DNA from: Phyllosticta citribraziliensis
Taxonomy: Eukaryota
Direction: 5' to 3'
DNA: 64,000 nt
Assembly (NCBI RefSeq): GCF_038025025.1
Contig: NW_027117348.1
Span: 868,001-932,000 of the forward strand
Numbering within the stretch: the stretch's first letter is position 1; each line of letters opens with the position of its first letter. Of the stretch, positions 51,893 to 64,000 are shown in pieces. Below the pieces are notes generated by a model that searched no databases, was not told the origin of the DNA, and saw only the letters and a list, made by a program, of their open reading frames with translations. The position numbers were made by a program, and so were the translations under genes.

Positions 51893-54716
51893 TCACTTCG
51901 CGTCAACCGGCGACACCTTCTTCTCCACCCGCTCGGTTATCATGCCGTTGAGCGTCCGAGTCGCGTCCTCGACGTTGCGCATTCGCTTCTCCGACCCTGG
52001 CGACAGAGTGTAAGCCGGGCTCATCGCTGCGGCTGACGGTCGTGTGTACACCGAGCTGCTCGTGCTTCCCGCGCTCCGCCGCGCCTGTGCTCGGGTCCGC
52101 TCGACAGTCGTATCAACCTTGAGGTCTGCTATGTCTCGCTTCCGTGCTGCCGACCGCAGTGCGTTGAGCATCCTGTCCTTGTCGTCTAGCCGTGCCCGCA
52201 GCTCGGCAATTTCTTCGTCCTTCTCCTTCAGCACCGCCTCGACCCCGCCTTCCCCGTCGTCGCTCCCGCCGTTTGCAATCAGTATCGATGCTCGCGGCTG
52301 GCTAGACCGACGCGCCTGCAGCAGTCGCTTCTCCAACGTGATGATGTATCGGTTCTTGTCGGCCAGATCTGCGTGCAATGCTCGGATCTGAGCCGACGCG
52401 CTGGCCGTACCGTCGCCATTGTCGCCTAGCGAGTCGTTGTCCTCTGATCCATGCTCCCCAACAAGGCCATTGCTGTGGCTGGACAGGGCAAGAGATAGCG
52501 CCGACCCCCCCGAAGACGTGCGGTTGAGGTGAGGAGGAACCTCGAGCGTCAATTCGCTTGCCCGCGAAGACCGCACCGACACGGCATACCCTTCGTTGGT
52601 GCTGACAATGGAATTCCGATATTGAGATCCCATGCCCGAAAACGATCTGCTCGGATTGTTTACGCCGAATGATTTGGAACTCAAGATCAACCGGTTGAGA
52701 TGTTCGATTCGCTCTTTGAGGGCGGTTCGTGCCAACTGGAGTTCGAGCATCTGCTCTTCGTGACGGGCCTTCTCTTCCGCCTCGCGCGCTTTCTCTTCTT
52801 CCGCGTCCTTGGCAGACGCCTCTTCCTTCGTCTTGGCTTCCAACTGCTTCCGCAGCTCCTGGATCTCGTTGCGGTACCGGTCTAGCAATGCACGGCTGCC
52901 CGCATCGCCGCCTGCGTTTGCCTCTTCGGCTTTCTTGGCGTGGCTAACGATGCTGTTCTTGGCTCTAGAGGCGAACTTGAGCGTGTTGAGCGTCTCGTTG
53001 ATGTGCGTCGAGACGTTTGCTGCGCTCCCCGTGGACCCTATCGAAATGGTACAGAGGATGCTGACGAGAGAGTTTCCAGAAAGCGCCGGTTGCAACAGTC
53101 GAGTCAGTTTGCTGTCACGGTACGGCAGATGTTTGTCTCTTTCGGCACCTTCTTTGCCCCTGCTCTCAGACAAACGAGCAATAACGGTACCTAGCGTCAG
53201 CAAGCTTTTGTTGATGTGGGCGCCCTCGGTCCTCCTCTCCTTGCTGTCCGCTGCCCTCTCCGAGCCTGCCAGGTCAATCAAGCTCAAAGTCGACACCCGG
53301 ACGCCCCCGGGAACTATCGTCGCAGCGCGTTTGTTCTCCTGTAGCGAGGATCCTCCGGGCACACGCTCTCGGCTCTCGACTACAATCTGGACAACAGCGT
53401 GGCTGCGAGAACTCCGGGCGTTGAATTGGGTACCAGCAACCCGTCTAGAGTTGTCGCCTCTGGCAATGACCCTGAGGAGCTGGTTGGGACTTTGGACAAT
53501 CTCCTCTTTCAAAGGCGTGGCGTAGACGCCCCTTTTGCTGTCCTCCCTCAGCTTGATTTCCTCCTGTGGTACAGCTTGCATGCCTGGGCCAGTCGGAGGC
53601 GGTGGCGACAACAAGTCATTAATCTTTTCATTGTAAATCTCCAGGTAGCTCACGCGAAGCAAGAACTCGCGCTGTGGGGTCTCTCGGATGAAGGAAAAGA
53701 TGTCGGTGATGGCCAGAGGAATCACACCGGGTGAGGAGGCCGTGCCTTGCATGGAGAAGGTCTTTCCCGTTCCCGTCATACCATAGGCGAATACGGTACC
53801 GTGATAGCCCTCCATAACTCTGCGAACCAAGCGCTTGGCCGCAGAGTCGTACACCTTGGCATTGTTGTCGTTGGCCGTGAAAACATTGTCTTGAGCTAGT
53901 TAGCGTGCTTGTCCCGACAGTTCAGAAGCGACTCATACCAGAGACGAACTGGCCCCCTTCTTTGCCGCTATAGGTAATGGCGCCTCGCCGGCCATCCAAC
54001 TCCCAATCTCCGTGATTGACGTCGTCAGCAGTCCCAGCCTGCGGTCGCACTCTGACACTGACGACGACGTTTCCCTTGGTCTCGCTGGAACTCTTATCGG
54101 CCGAGTCTTGGCCTGCGTCGTGGGCGCCGCTTCCATCCGTGGTGGGAGTGTCGACGGACTGCGCTTGGGAGCCCTGGGCAGAGGGTGTCCTGGTCTCGGG
54201 AGTGGACATGGCGTGAGGAGACCTGAGCAGCGACTGACGCGACTTTGCGCTCGCAGAACGGGTCCGCATGTTCGTGTCGCTGTTGGGGACGCTCAGGGAG
54301 GTGGAGGAGCTGCGCCTGTTGGTTGGCAGGCCATCGGGCAGTGAGGCGACCGAAGCGGCGGCGGCCGACAAGGGACTGGGGCCGTTGGTGTTGGTGCGAC
54401 TTGGACCCTTGGGCGGCTGAGGGAAAGCACCAACGCTGATTGTCTTGCGCAGGGTCTTGGGCTGCTGGGGCGGCGCGGGCATGTGGTGCTTCTTGGGCGG
54501 CCCTGTTCCTGCTCCTGGACGGACGCAGGTCGTGGACGGCTGCTTGAGGGAGAGGGAGGGTTCGGTGTTGGCGATGGGTCTGGGTCTGGGTGGTCTGGAG
54601 GGCAGGGCCGACGAATCCGGTCGTGCGGCCTGTATCTGTGGGGTCGTGGGAAGCGAGGGCAACGCCCCGGGCGGAGGTGGATTGATCGAACGCCCGGTCA
54701 AGGTGGTTGTGGCCAT
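51893..54716 (-). CDS. kipA: Kinesin-7 family motor (KipA/Kip2-like); join(54716-53939,53889-51893), 924 aa
   Basis: NVVVSVRVRP, P-loop GMTGTGKT, switch I NARSSRSH, switch II DLAGSE, HLPYRDSKLTRLLQ, C-terminal coiled coils. 49-nt intron GTATGA...GCTAAC...AAG keeps the frame. Start ATG chosen by context. Confidence 0.92.
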
Positions 54717-54813
54717 GACGGACTGGCGTCCAGCGAGGAACTGGCTGTTCTTGTTCAAGATGGCATGCGTGGGTGCCACGCGCCGGCGGCGACAACAGCG
54801 GAGGACTCCCGTC

Positions 54814-54859
54814 GGTCTGGTCTGGTCTGGTCGGTCGGTCGGTCGGTCGGTCGGTCGGT
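54814..54859. repeat. Compound microsatellite (GGTCT)3(GGTC)7 upstream of the kinesin ATG
   Basis: Read directly from the sequence. Confidence 0.9.
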
Positions 54860-55582
54860 ACTGTACCTTGGAGTCGTCGCGAGAGGTGGAGCGGACGGAC
54901 TGCAGAAAGCACGAGCACAATGGAAGCACAAGCCCAAGCCCAAGCACACACAATAAACAATAGGGAGCAGCAAAAGATGGTAGGGTGCTGTGCAATCGAA
55001 GATAACAGAGAGCGCGCGCGCACGGCTTCGAGACAAAAGGAGAGAGAAATAACAGTCTGCCTTTAGTTTGCCTTCAATTGCGCCGAGGCCCTTTTTGATT
55101 TGACTGAATGACAGCCTGTCCACCCTCCACCCCCCCAAGACCACACCCCCCCCTCCTCTCTCAGCCATGGTTCGCCCCGGCCGCACCAGTCAACAAGCCC
55201 AAGACGCAGGAATGCTCTGCTTCGCCTTGGGCCCGTCGTCCTCTGCCTTATCTTTCGACAGCAGCCTTCCGCATCCTTTGACTACGGCGCGGGTAGCTGC
55301 AGCACATGCAAGGAACGCTTCAGGGTCCCATCCATGCTGGGGGATGGGATGCCAAACTGCAGGCGAATCACCGCCTGATGTGTCCGCTGGCGTCAACCGT
55401 AAATATATATTTAACCAAGAGTAGCTTGGCTCATTTTTTAAACTGTGGCCACCCATTCCACCGTTGTCCCGCTCCACGTGCTAATCTTTAATGCGAACCT
55501 CCCCTCCTTTTTCAACCTCGTCTCGCAATCGTCTCTGCCAGTCCAATCGCCTTTGCCCGTCCTTGCCCTCTCGGTTTCGACC

Positions 55583-58347
55583 TCAAACGCTCACCACCTC
55601 GTCCATTTCCCTCAGAGTGTAGTCCAGCAGGTAGCTCTCGTCCAATAGCTCGTCCACCCGTTTGAAGTGCCTCTCCGTGTACGCCCGCAGCGCCTCCATG
55701 ACCCCCTTTACGCTGCCCTTTGCGTGGGCACCACCCGCCAGCTGAAGCCCCGACAGTCTTGACGCTGGGTACAGCCGCATCAATGCCCAGAGCAGTTTCT
55801 GAGCGACCTGCGCAGTCTTGGCATTGGTGTTCCAGTCGCGGATCCTCAGCAGCAACGTGAAAATCTGCTCGTCAGCCAGGCTTCCAAGCACCTCATCCAC
55901 CGCCAGTAGCCCCGTCAGACTCTGCTCTTCCTGCTCTTCGGCTTCCACGACATTCTTGAAGAGCTTGAACAATCTTGCTGGCTGATTGAGCTGCAGAGCC
56001 AGTCCGATGGCCTCGCGGTAGTTGCCGACATGCTCGAGATTCTGCAGTCTTTGCTCTTGTTCCACACGCTCAGATTCCTGATGCGCAGCTGCTTCCATCG
56101 TCGCGCTTGTCGTGTCTTCCCAGAACGTGACGACGCCGTCACCACCTCCCGAAACCAGGCCCTTCGTAACCGGGTTGACCGTCAATGCCCATACGCGATC
56201 GGTGTGATTGTCAAGCGTCGTCGCCAGCTCTCCGCTGCTTATGTCCCAGACCTTGACAAGGCCATCACCTGCTGCTGACGCGACTTCCGGGCCGCGCTTA
56301 TCCCGAGCATCATCCTCCGTCGAGTATGGCAGCCAAGCCAGCTTGAGTATGCTGTTGGTGTGGCCCTCCAATGTCAGCAAGCAGCTGTAATCTGTCAAGC
56401 TCCAGATCTTGACCGTCTTGTCGCCCGAGCCTGTCGCGATAAGCCCACGGCTCCCGCTTCCGTTTATTGACGGCGTCTCCTTGGGTGCAAACTTGACCGT
56501 CCAAACACCTCGGCGATGGCCCCGCAGAACGCCGACGGTCTCGCCCTCATCCGCTGCCCAGATCTTCACCGTCTTGTCTTGCGAAGCCGATGCAAACAGA
56601 GTCGCGTTGTGGTTGACATCAATGGCATTGATGTCCTTGTCGTGTGCTTTGCGGGTCCATGCGGCCCGTGATGCCTTTTGCGTGTCTTGCTTGATGTTGG
56701 AGTTGTTCCATCGCTTTATCGTCTTGTCCTGCGAGCCAGTGATCACAAAAGCGGGAGGGTGCTCCAAGGGATTCGAGTGGGCCGCCGAACCAACCTGAGG
56801 CTTGTTCTTGGGCAACCCAATAGCACCTAGAGATTCGGCGTGGCCAGTGTAGGTTGCAAAGCAGGTGTAGGAGTTGTTTTCGGGGTCCAATCGCCACAAC
56901 CTAGCCGTGTTGTCCTTGGCTCCCGTTGCGAGCCAGTGCCCAGACCAGTCCGTGTCCATGCATATGATGATGTCTTCGTGCCCTTTGAGAAGCGCCTTGT
57001 CTGCTCCAAAGTAGTTCCCACCTATCTGCTCATCGGCGTCATTTTCCTGCGTAGAGGCAAGGGAGACTATCCGAATGTCCTCAAGGTTGGTCGCAAGAGC
57101 AAGGTATGAATAGTCCGATCCAACGTGGGCCAGATCGATGACCTCGTCGTGGGTTCCGGAGATGCGGCGCAGAACCGGCAATGGCTCAATCGTGCTCTCC
57201 TCGTCGCGATTTTCCAGTGGACGTACAGAGTGGAGCGCCAGAGTTTGATCAGCGTGTATCGTCAGGACGTAGGGCAGCTGCTTGTGATGGATGATTTGAA
57301 CGATGGACTCTGTCTCGAAGCCAGGAGGCTGGTCTTTGGTGATTTCCCTTCCGTTGGAAATGGTCCACAGCCGGAGAGTTCCGTTTTCGCCGCCAGTGTA
57401 AATGACGGATCCGTCCTTCAAGAATCCAATGTCCTCGACGCTCTCCAGCACGGGCATTGTGCTTCTGATTTTCCATGTCCGCGCATCCCAAATCATGACA
57501 GTCTTGTCTCGGCTTCCGGTTGCCAGGGCATTCTCTTCCTCGGAGAAGCATATGCTCCGTACGACAGAGACATGCGAATCCAGGGTCGCCACGCTCTTTC
57601 GCTTGTTGAGGTCCCACACTCGGACTTTACCATCTTCTCCGCCAGAAGCTAGCCTGAAGCTTACGGTCGCGCTGTCGTCGACGTCGTTGTTTTGCGACTT
57701 CTTGCCCTTTTTCCCGCTTGGCTTCTCGTTGGTGACTTGGGCCTCGAAAAAGTGCAGAGCTGCAATGACTCCACTGTGACCGTGGAAGCTGTGTGTCGTG
57801 TATCCGCCCTGTATGTCCCAGACCTTGACGATACCATCTGCACCACCGGTTGCGAGCAGAGTTCCGGTACGGTCGGTTGTACACACCACGACCGGCGATG
57901 TATGGGGCTTCAAAGACCTTGTGAGCTCGGCATCCATAATGGCATCCTCGGAAGTCGACGGTTTGAGCGCGTAGATGCGCATCGAAAGAGAACGGGAGCA
58001 TATCGCGAGATGGGAGCCCGAGGGCGTCACTATACTCGGTCAGCAGGGGAAGCGGAAGCTTGTCAATTGGCCGTGAGACACATACGGGCCATGGAAGTGA
58101 TCACGTCTCCATCCTGTTCTATATGTCAATGTCAGATAAAGACAAATATTTTTGGCGAATGTGTACACACCCCTTCGATGCGCCCCAATTCAGTGCCTGT
58201 GGCTAGGTCGGTCAGAAGGGCGTCTTCGCCCAAACAGGTCGCGAGAATGCGCCCATTTCTGCTCAAAGCGACGGCGCCACCAACGTAGATGGGCGCGATG
58301 GTCTTGCTGACCTCGAAAGTCGTTTTGGAGCCGACCTTTTGCGCCAT
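55583..58347 (-). CDS. UTP13: U3 snoRNA-associated WD40 protein Utp13 (TBL3); join(58347-58171,58113-58086,58029-55583), 883 aa
   Basis: Many WD repeats (AHDKDINAIDV, GHRRGVW). Utp13 C-terminal domain (RDWNTNAK...AYTERHFKR.DELLDESYLLDYTL). Two GT-AG introns with CTGAC branch sites keep the frame. Confidence 0.95.
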
Positions 58348-58408
58348 GGCCGAAGCAGTGTTTTGGTTGCAGAGAGATGGCGACTGGAGTTTCTTGAACT
58401 TCAAATCC

Positions 58409-58429
58409 AATTTTCCTTATCGATATCGC
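58409..58429 (-). promoter_or_regulatory. PAC-like (CGATAAG) plus RRPE-like (GAAAATT) motifs upstream of UTP13
   Basis: Minus strand GCGATATCGATAAGGAAAATT, 60-80 bp before the ATG. Assigned by analogy with yeast ribosome-biogenesis promoter elements. Confidence 0.45.
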
Positions 58430-58707
58430 AGATCGACGCAGGGTTTCCACGACTAGCGGCGGACCTTCACGCGCGCATCATTCACGCTGCCGTCGCTCAA
58501 CGCCAACATCCCGTTCGAAGACCACTCCATTCCGAGACGCGCCCACTGACTAAAAATATCCAAGCACTCACTCCATCCACCCGGTTTTGACAAAACGTTA
58601 CTTACAGGCCATGAAAATCGGCATATCGCTTTGAGGTCAGCAGCGCCATTACCAATCTCGCGCGCGACACATCTTCCGAGTTGCTTTGACGCTCTTTGAC
58701 TGTCGTC

Positions 58708-60727
58708 ATGGGGAGAGATGCGTTTTTGACCAGACTCGTACTGGTGAGTATTGCGCACGCCATGCACCGTCTGCTTTGCTCACTTTGCTTCCTGAACCGT
58801 GGCGCTTCTTCTGTGCTAGCCGATGCTAATTGTGCTCCAGGGTCGCTCAGCGTATGGCCCCCCTGAGCGTTTCCCCGAGGGCAGCATCGTAGTTGGACCA
58901 GAGACTAGGGTATCTCAAGTGCCGCACGAAAGAGTCCAGATGTACGACGAACATGGCCATCCAGTAAACCCAGACGCACGTGCCCTGGGTCGCGCTCTCC
59001 GGGATGCCCAAAACGATGTCCTCGCTGCAATTGGAGTCGTGGAGCGCAAACGAGTTCACCTTTCGACTGGTGCCTCTCTTCCTGCCCAGAAAGATCCAAG
59101 AATCGTCAGAAGAGTCGAGGCAGAGAACCTCAGTGGCACAGTGATTGCAATCATTGGAACGCTCGCTCGCTACACTTGCATGTGGTGGGCAAGCGCACTT
59201 CAAGACCGTATTTTAGTACGCTCCCCACTGGTGGCCATACAAAGCTGAATTTGCTAATTGAAACCCTGGTAGACCTTCGACTATGACCCTGATTTGCCGT
59301 TTGTCCAGCTCGTCGGCAATCAGTATCACATTCCTGGGTTTTTCACTGCCGGTCTGCCTGCTCAGCTCATGTCCATGATCACAAATGACGGCGATTTATG
59401 GGCGTCTCTGGCCATATCGGCTGTAGATGAAACAGTACTGCGCTCCGACCTGTCGAGGAAAGAGCGGCTGCGAATTCAGAGATGGAAGCCCTTGGTCCAG
59501 GGGGTGTGAGTCTGCCCTCTTCCCAAAGATGTGGTGAGCCAAGCGGTGGCTGACCAGATCAACGACAGATTATCCATTGCAGTTGAATTGGCATTTTCGC
59601 CAATCATTCTCCATGCAGCCTACCAAAGACTTCTACTTGTCCCCGCATCCCAATTTCTACCGACTCGTCAAGCATTCAACCCCTGTACGCCTGTTTTGCG
59701 CCAGCAGCTGTCTTTCCTGGTCAACGACTTTTCGGTCACGAATCTCGTGGGACTCGTCGGAGGGCTCGCCACCTCGCCAGCCGTAATGATTGTTGCGTGG
59801 CGCCACTCTATCATGCGTATACAGCGTTTGATGTACGAGTCGGTGGAGAAGGGGGTGCTGGTCCCCGACAACCCCGACATGTACACGACGGGCGAGGTTG
59901 CTGAGCGGCGGAGGTACCAAGACGTGGAGCTCAACCACTGGAAGGGAACACAAGAGCACAGTTGGGTCAACAGGCTCTTTTCCTTCCTCGATTGGACCTG
60001 GACTGTAGATGCGCCTGGTGGATCATCTAGCATCCAGCCTCCAAGCAACGATGCGCCCGACTCCGGTGGAGCTGAACCACAAGCAACCGTTGGCGAGAGT
60101 GCACCTCCAAGGGATACCATTGTCGACACCGAAGGTCGCTCAGGAGCCGAATCTCCCGCCAATACGGCCGTGCAACAACAAGGCAACGCCACAGTGAGGA
60201 TAGCCTCGAGAGACGAAAACACCGGGGTTGTAAGCATCGAAATTGCGCTCCCCGAAGTTGTCGAAGAAGTTGCACACCACGAAATTGACAGTGGAAATCA
60301 GTCGGGCAATGAGCACGAGCGAGAGTCGGGAAGAGGTCCACACAACGAAAACAGGAGCAACCAGCGGAGAAGACATCGGGTAACACAGCTCGCGGAGGAG
60401 CCAGCCGAGATGCTGGGATCGTGGATCAACTTTACGCTCTCAGACTGGGTGCTCCTCCCAGCCAAAGCCATCGGCCTGCGAATGATGGCGCGCGGTCTGC
60501 TGCAAGCGCTGGCGCCCGAAAGCCGGGCGACACCACGCGTTTTTTCATGCTGGCCGTCGCGATCCGACTTTACAGGCGACGGGCTTCACAGACTGGGCGT
60601 CTACGCCGGCAGAATCGGGGTGTGCTGCGCCATAGAAGTCGTCTTGGGGCTTGGCTTATGGGGATGCGAATGCCTTGCCGTGACGACGATTGGGCGCAGG
60701 TATTTCCAGTGGGGGCGGTCACGCTAG
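58708..60727 (+). CDS. Hypothetical protein with several hydrophobic segments; join(58708-58743,58841-59215,59273-59505,59569-60727), 600 aa
   Basis: Three GT-AG introns with GCTAAT/GCTGAC branch sites link three supplied ORFs and a short first exon (MGRDAFLTRLVL|GRSAY) into one open frame. Confidence 0.82.
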
Positions 60728-60735
60728 GTAGCGCG

Positions 60736-60758
60736 AAAAAAAAAAAAAAAAAAAAAAA
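60736..60758 (+). repeat. A23 homopolymer 8 bp after the stop codon
   Basis: Read directly from the sequence. Confidence 0.9.
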
Positions 60759-61776
60759 CAATATCACTCAGCACGGAAATGTGTCCCATCAATCGACACC
60801 CCCAACCCATCGCCGTCAGTTAAGACGACCCACGGGGAGGGGGCTTCCTATCCAGGAGGCGTTCATCTCCAGAGCCACATCACACAAGGTGACTGGCAAC
60901 ACTCCCGCCGTGGAGAAGTCAGGGCGGTGGTCGTGGCTGGCTCTGTTCTTTTTTGATCGAAGGAGAAAAAAGAGGTTGGACGAAGGACCGCGCCAGCTTT
61001 TTATTGTCGCCCGCGCCCGCGTCCGCGGTCCGTGCAGGGAGGAACGATGTTCCGGCGCCAAGCTACTCTGGGCCGGTAGGCGCGTACGCCCATCCGATGC
61101 TGTACGTTTCAAATGGCAAATTGACCCGAACGGCTTTCGTTACGAGCCCTTGCTTTTCTTGTGACACCCACTCGCCCAACCTCCTGTGCCACGCGACATC
61201 CTCGTTGACATCCACTGCACTGAGAGCATATGTCGTTGCCGCATCTGATGCTCAAGCTACAGCATGCTTGAGTCTTTCTCAGGACGGCTTTTATCGGCTT
61301 CACAAATCAGATTCCGAAAGCCAGTGAAAAGGCTTGGAAACCTTGATGAACGAGCTGGACTGTACCTCTAGGGTCTGAGTGTGCAAGCAAGCGATGTTAA
61401 GATGGAGGCTCCGTGAAGGTTCAGCCGTCCCGGGGGCTTTGGATCCATCAACAGCTTGAATCTCAACCCTCCGTCGGGGCTGAATATGGGCCACGTCTGT
61501 ATATCCACCAAGTGTCGTGCACCAAAGGCTCAAGCCTGCTCCAATCCAAGTAGCAACAGACCGGGACTTTTGCACTCATGCCGTGCTGGAAATTGCTTCT
61601 ACACGTGCACTCTTCCACTAGAACTGTGAAGGCTACACTGCACCAGACCTGACATGGACTCAAGACCCTCATCTGCTTCTAGTGTTCAAATTGCATTGGT
61701 AGGCACGTTGGGAACGCCGTTGATGCCCGTCATCTTCATTATCATAGTTTGACCGCACCCCAACCCCTAGACCGCT

Positions 61777-62565
61777 TTAGGCGGGCTTGACATTCGCCTC
61801 GTCGTTGAACTCCACTTCCTGTATGCCTTCTTTCGAAATGACCTTCACCGCAAGGCCCTTGAAGTCGATGGGCAACCTCCTCTTGAGCTCATCAGAGCAC
61901 ATGCGCAGGATCTTCATGCCTTGGTCGAACGAGATGTCGGGGTGGTGGTGCTTGTCGAGGATCGAGAGACAGTAGTACCTGTTGATTCAGTGTCAATTCA
62001 TGTCCAAACGCAGCGTTCGTTGGACTGGGGTCAGGACGTACTGTGCGTAGCCATGTGCCGCGTACGGAAGCGGAGCTAGCGACGCCAGGTAATCACACCA
62101 GTAGAGCGTGGGCTTGTCTGTGATGGGATCCAAGCCTCCAAGCAGCAAGTTGACCGTGTATGGCCTCCGCGACCTCAAGGCATTGGCGAGTTCGGTTCGC
62201 ACGAAGCTGGCAACCGCCGACGGGCTGAGGTCGCTTTCGTTGCGCATGGTGTAGAGTTGGATGTTGGCTTGGATGTATTCGGCGAACTGGACTACGGCAC
62301 AGATAGTCCTGTCAGCATCAAAATCCTCTGCAAAGGGCCATCGTAAGTCATACCCGTGTCTCCTGCCTCGCCAGAGAATGCCATCAAGGTGTGCTTGTTC
62401 AGGGTTCGGGTCTTGTCGTCGGTGGCCTTGAGGATGCTCGCGCCGCGCATGGCAGCCTTCGAGGAGGCGATGATGGTGAAGTCCTTGCCCGTGATTCCGA
62501 GTAAAACCTCCCTTCCCATAGGTCAGCAACGCACCGAGATGAAGAGGAGCAGTGGACTCTTACAT
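61777..62565 (-). CDS. PRE1: 20S proteasome subunit beta 4; join(62565-62564,62511-62354,62291-62042,61978-61777), 203 aa
   Basis: [12 protein letters not shown]...[22 protein letters not shown]...[14 protein letters not shown]...[19 protein letters not shown]. Three GT-AG introns; the first splits the ATG (AT|G). Confidence 0.96.
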
Positions 62566-62742
62566 GATTGCTGGACGGTTGGTCTAGAGTGTCCAGGTCA
62601 AGGTCGGAGATGGGAGAGGTCAGATATTTAGGCTTGACAGCGAACTAGAGAGGCCAGGCAGGGATGACGCGTGGAAAAGGCAGAACAGAGGTGATGTGGA
62701 CGGCGGGTTGATGGCGGGCAAGCTGTGATGTTGACGGAAGCT

Positions 62743-62792
62743 GGAGCTGCCTGCCGTTCGCTGGGCTGGAGCTTCGTCGGCGTCACGGAGCT
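62743..62792. promoter_or_regulatory. Three GGAGCT motifs, candidate Rpn4 sites in the PRE1/RRP9 divergent promoter
   Basis: GGAGCT at 62743, 62768 and 62787. As I recall, this hexamer is the proteasome-gene element of filamentous ascomycetes. Confidence 0.6.
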
Positions 62793-62921
62793 TGGACTCG
62801 CCGACGGAGAAGTTCTTGGCGCGAATTCTCGAAATTATTTCGCAACCATCCACCAACGACCGCTGCTCGAGAAGCTTGACCACGCCAGCCTTCGCAGAGC
62901 CGCAACCGACAATCTCTCGCC

Positions 62922-64000
62922 ATGTCCTCCTTCTTCACTGCTCCAGCATCCCAGAAGAAGAGGAAGAGGACTGGCACCGCCGCCACAGCACCCGAAAAAC
63001 GAAGCAGGAAGCGCAGAGAAGATTCAATCTCGAGCGGCGAGTCTGACGACGACGACAATCGCGCTCAGGCTGAAGAATACGAGAGCGATGGATCCTCAGA
63101 GGAAGAAGAGAATGAGACAGCGGCCGAGCGCCGTCTGCGTCTGGCCGAGCGGTATCTCGAAAACATCAAGGAGGAGGTGGACGAGGCCGGCTTCGACGCC
63201 GCAGAGATTGACCGCGACCTCATAGCAGAGAGGCTCAAGGAAGATGTCGCCGAAGGCAAGGGAAAGGTCTATCGCCGCATCGCAACGACTCTCGATTTCA
63301 ATTCTGCGACAAAAAATCTGTTTCGATCCGACAACTTAGCCACTACAGCCGTTGCGACTTGCGCCCCTTATGCCTACACTACTACGAAGGACATGTGCCT
63401 CATAAAATGGCAAATACAAAGTCCATCTGACCCCAAAGCCGATCGACCCTCGAACATTACGCCTCGTCGGCGTCCGACGCAGCTCGCCTACACCAGAGGA
63501 AACAAGAGCCACGGAAACGATCCCAAATACCTACATCATACCGCCCCGATCCTGTGCGTCGCCGCCTCTGCCGATGGAAAATTCGTTGTCACTGGTGGAG
63601 CAGACAGGAGACTCATCGTCTGGAACGCCAAGGACCTCACGCCCTTGAAGGTCTTCACACACCACCGCGATGCTGTCAATGCGCTGGCATTTCGGAGGAA
63701 TACGAATCAGCTGTTCAGCGCCAGCAGCGATCGCACAATCAAGGTGTGGAGCCTGGACGAGCTCGCATACGTCGACACGTTGTTTGGGCACCAGGATTCG
63801 GTGGTGGATATCGGGGCGCTGGCCCAGGAGCGCTGTGTCAGCGTAGGCTCGCGAGACCGGACAGCAAGATTGTGGAAGGTGGTGGAAGAAAGTCAATTGG
63901 TCTTCCGCGGTGGCGGTAGCAGCGAGAAACGACTTGCCAAAGGACCATCGGGGGCTCATGCTGAGGGGAGCATTGACAAGATTGCCATGGTGGACGAGGA
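62922..64000 (+). CDS. RRP9: U3 snoRNP WD40 protein Rrp9 (U3-55K), 3' end outside the window
   Basis: Open to the window end, so absent from the ORF track. MSSFFTAPASQKKRKR...ETAAERRLRLAERYLE...DRDLIAERLKEDV...YVDTLFGHQD...SVGSRDRTARLWKVVEESQLVFRGG. Confidence 0.95.
   Translation, partial: MSSFFTAPASQKKRKRTGTAATAPEKRSRKRREDSISSGESDDDDNRAQAEEYESDGSSEEEENETAAERRLRLAERYLENIKEEVDEAGFDAAEIDRDLIAERLKEDVAEGKGKVYRRIATTLDFNSATKNLFRSDNLATTAVATCAPYAYTTTKDMCLIKWQIQSPSDPKADRPSNITPRRRPTQLAYTRGNKSHGNDPKYLHHTAPILCVAASADGKFVVTGGADRRLIVWNAKDLTPLKVFTHHRDAVNALAFRRNTNQLFSASSDRTIKVWSLDELAYVDTLFGHQDSVVDIGALAQERCVSVGSRDRTARLWKVVEESQLVFRGGGSSEKRLAKGPSGAHAEGSIDKIAMVDE

Noticed and set aside
53922..55186. ORF extensions upstream of the kinesin ATG and overlapping ORFs (PTDRPTDR repeats)
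   Set aside because: They translate the (GGTC)n microsatellite and GC-rich shadow frames.
55915..58288. Many short and antisense ORFs overlapping UTP13 (likewise over the other genes)
   Set aside because: Shadow frames of real CDSs in GC-rich DNA, with no motifs of their own.
60736..60758. Poly-A after the stop codon as a sign of a retrocopy
   Set aside because: The gene keeps three introns and there is no TSD.
61320..61400. TGATGA...CTGA boxes with loose resemblance to U3 or a C/D snoRNA
   Set aside because: No U3 box A/A', box spacing too short and no recognisable guide sequence. An Infernal/Rfam search would be needed.
60780..61700. Short ORFs and a possible GTACGT...CTACAG intron between the hypothetical gene and PRE1
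   Set aside because: No recognisable protein or consistent gene model. No telomerase template-like TAACCCTAA either.

Overview
Filamentous ascomycete (Pezizomycotina) genomic DNA in two compartments. (1) 1-~49200 is an AT-rich block with no recognisable host gene and no ORF in the supplied track. It is saturated by RIP-type C>T/G>A changes: CpA/TpG and CpG are almost absent, TpA is in excess. I resolved it by eye into nested Ty3/gypsy LTR retrotransposons, labelled here E, B, A, C, D and a rearranged D'. A and D are full-length with matching 5-bp TSDs (ATAAC, CTATA). The block also holds solo or partial LTRs and a probable LINE ORF1 remnant. (2) ~49200-64000 is GC-rich and gene-dense, with six genes: a FUT8/GT23-like glycosyltransferase, a KipA/Kip2-type kinesin, UTP13, a hypothetical protein, proteasome beta4 (PRE1) and RRP9 (runs off the window). 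The main unexpected signal: two different chromodomain retrotransposons (E and A) each carry, antisense to gag-pol and between the chromodomain and the polypurine tract, a RIP-killed spliced gene encoding a DUF3716-like Cys-rich domain, with a phase-0 intron at nearly the same position in both. Translations of RIP'd DNA are manual de-RIP readings, and no database search was run.
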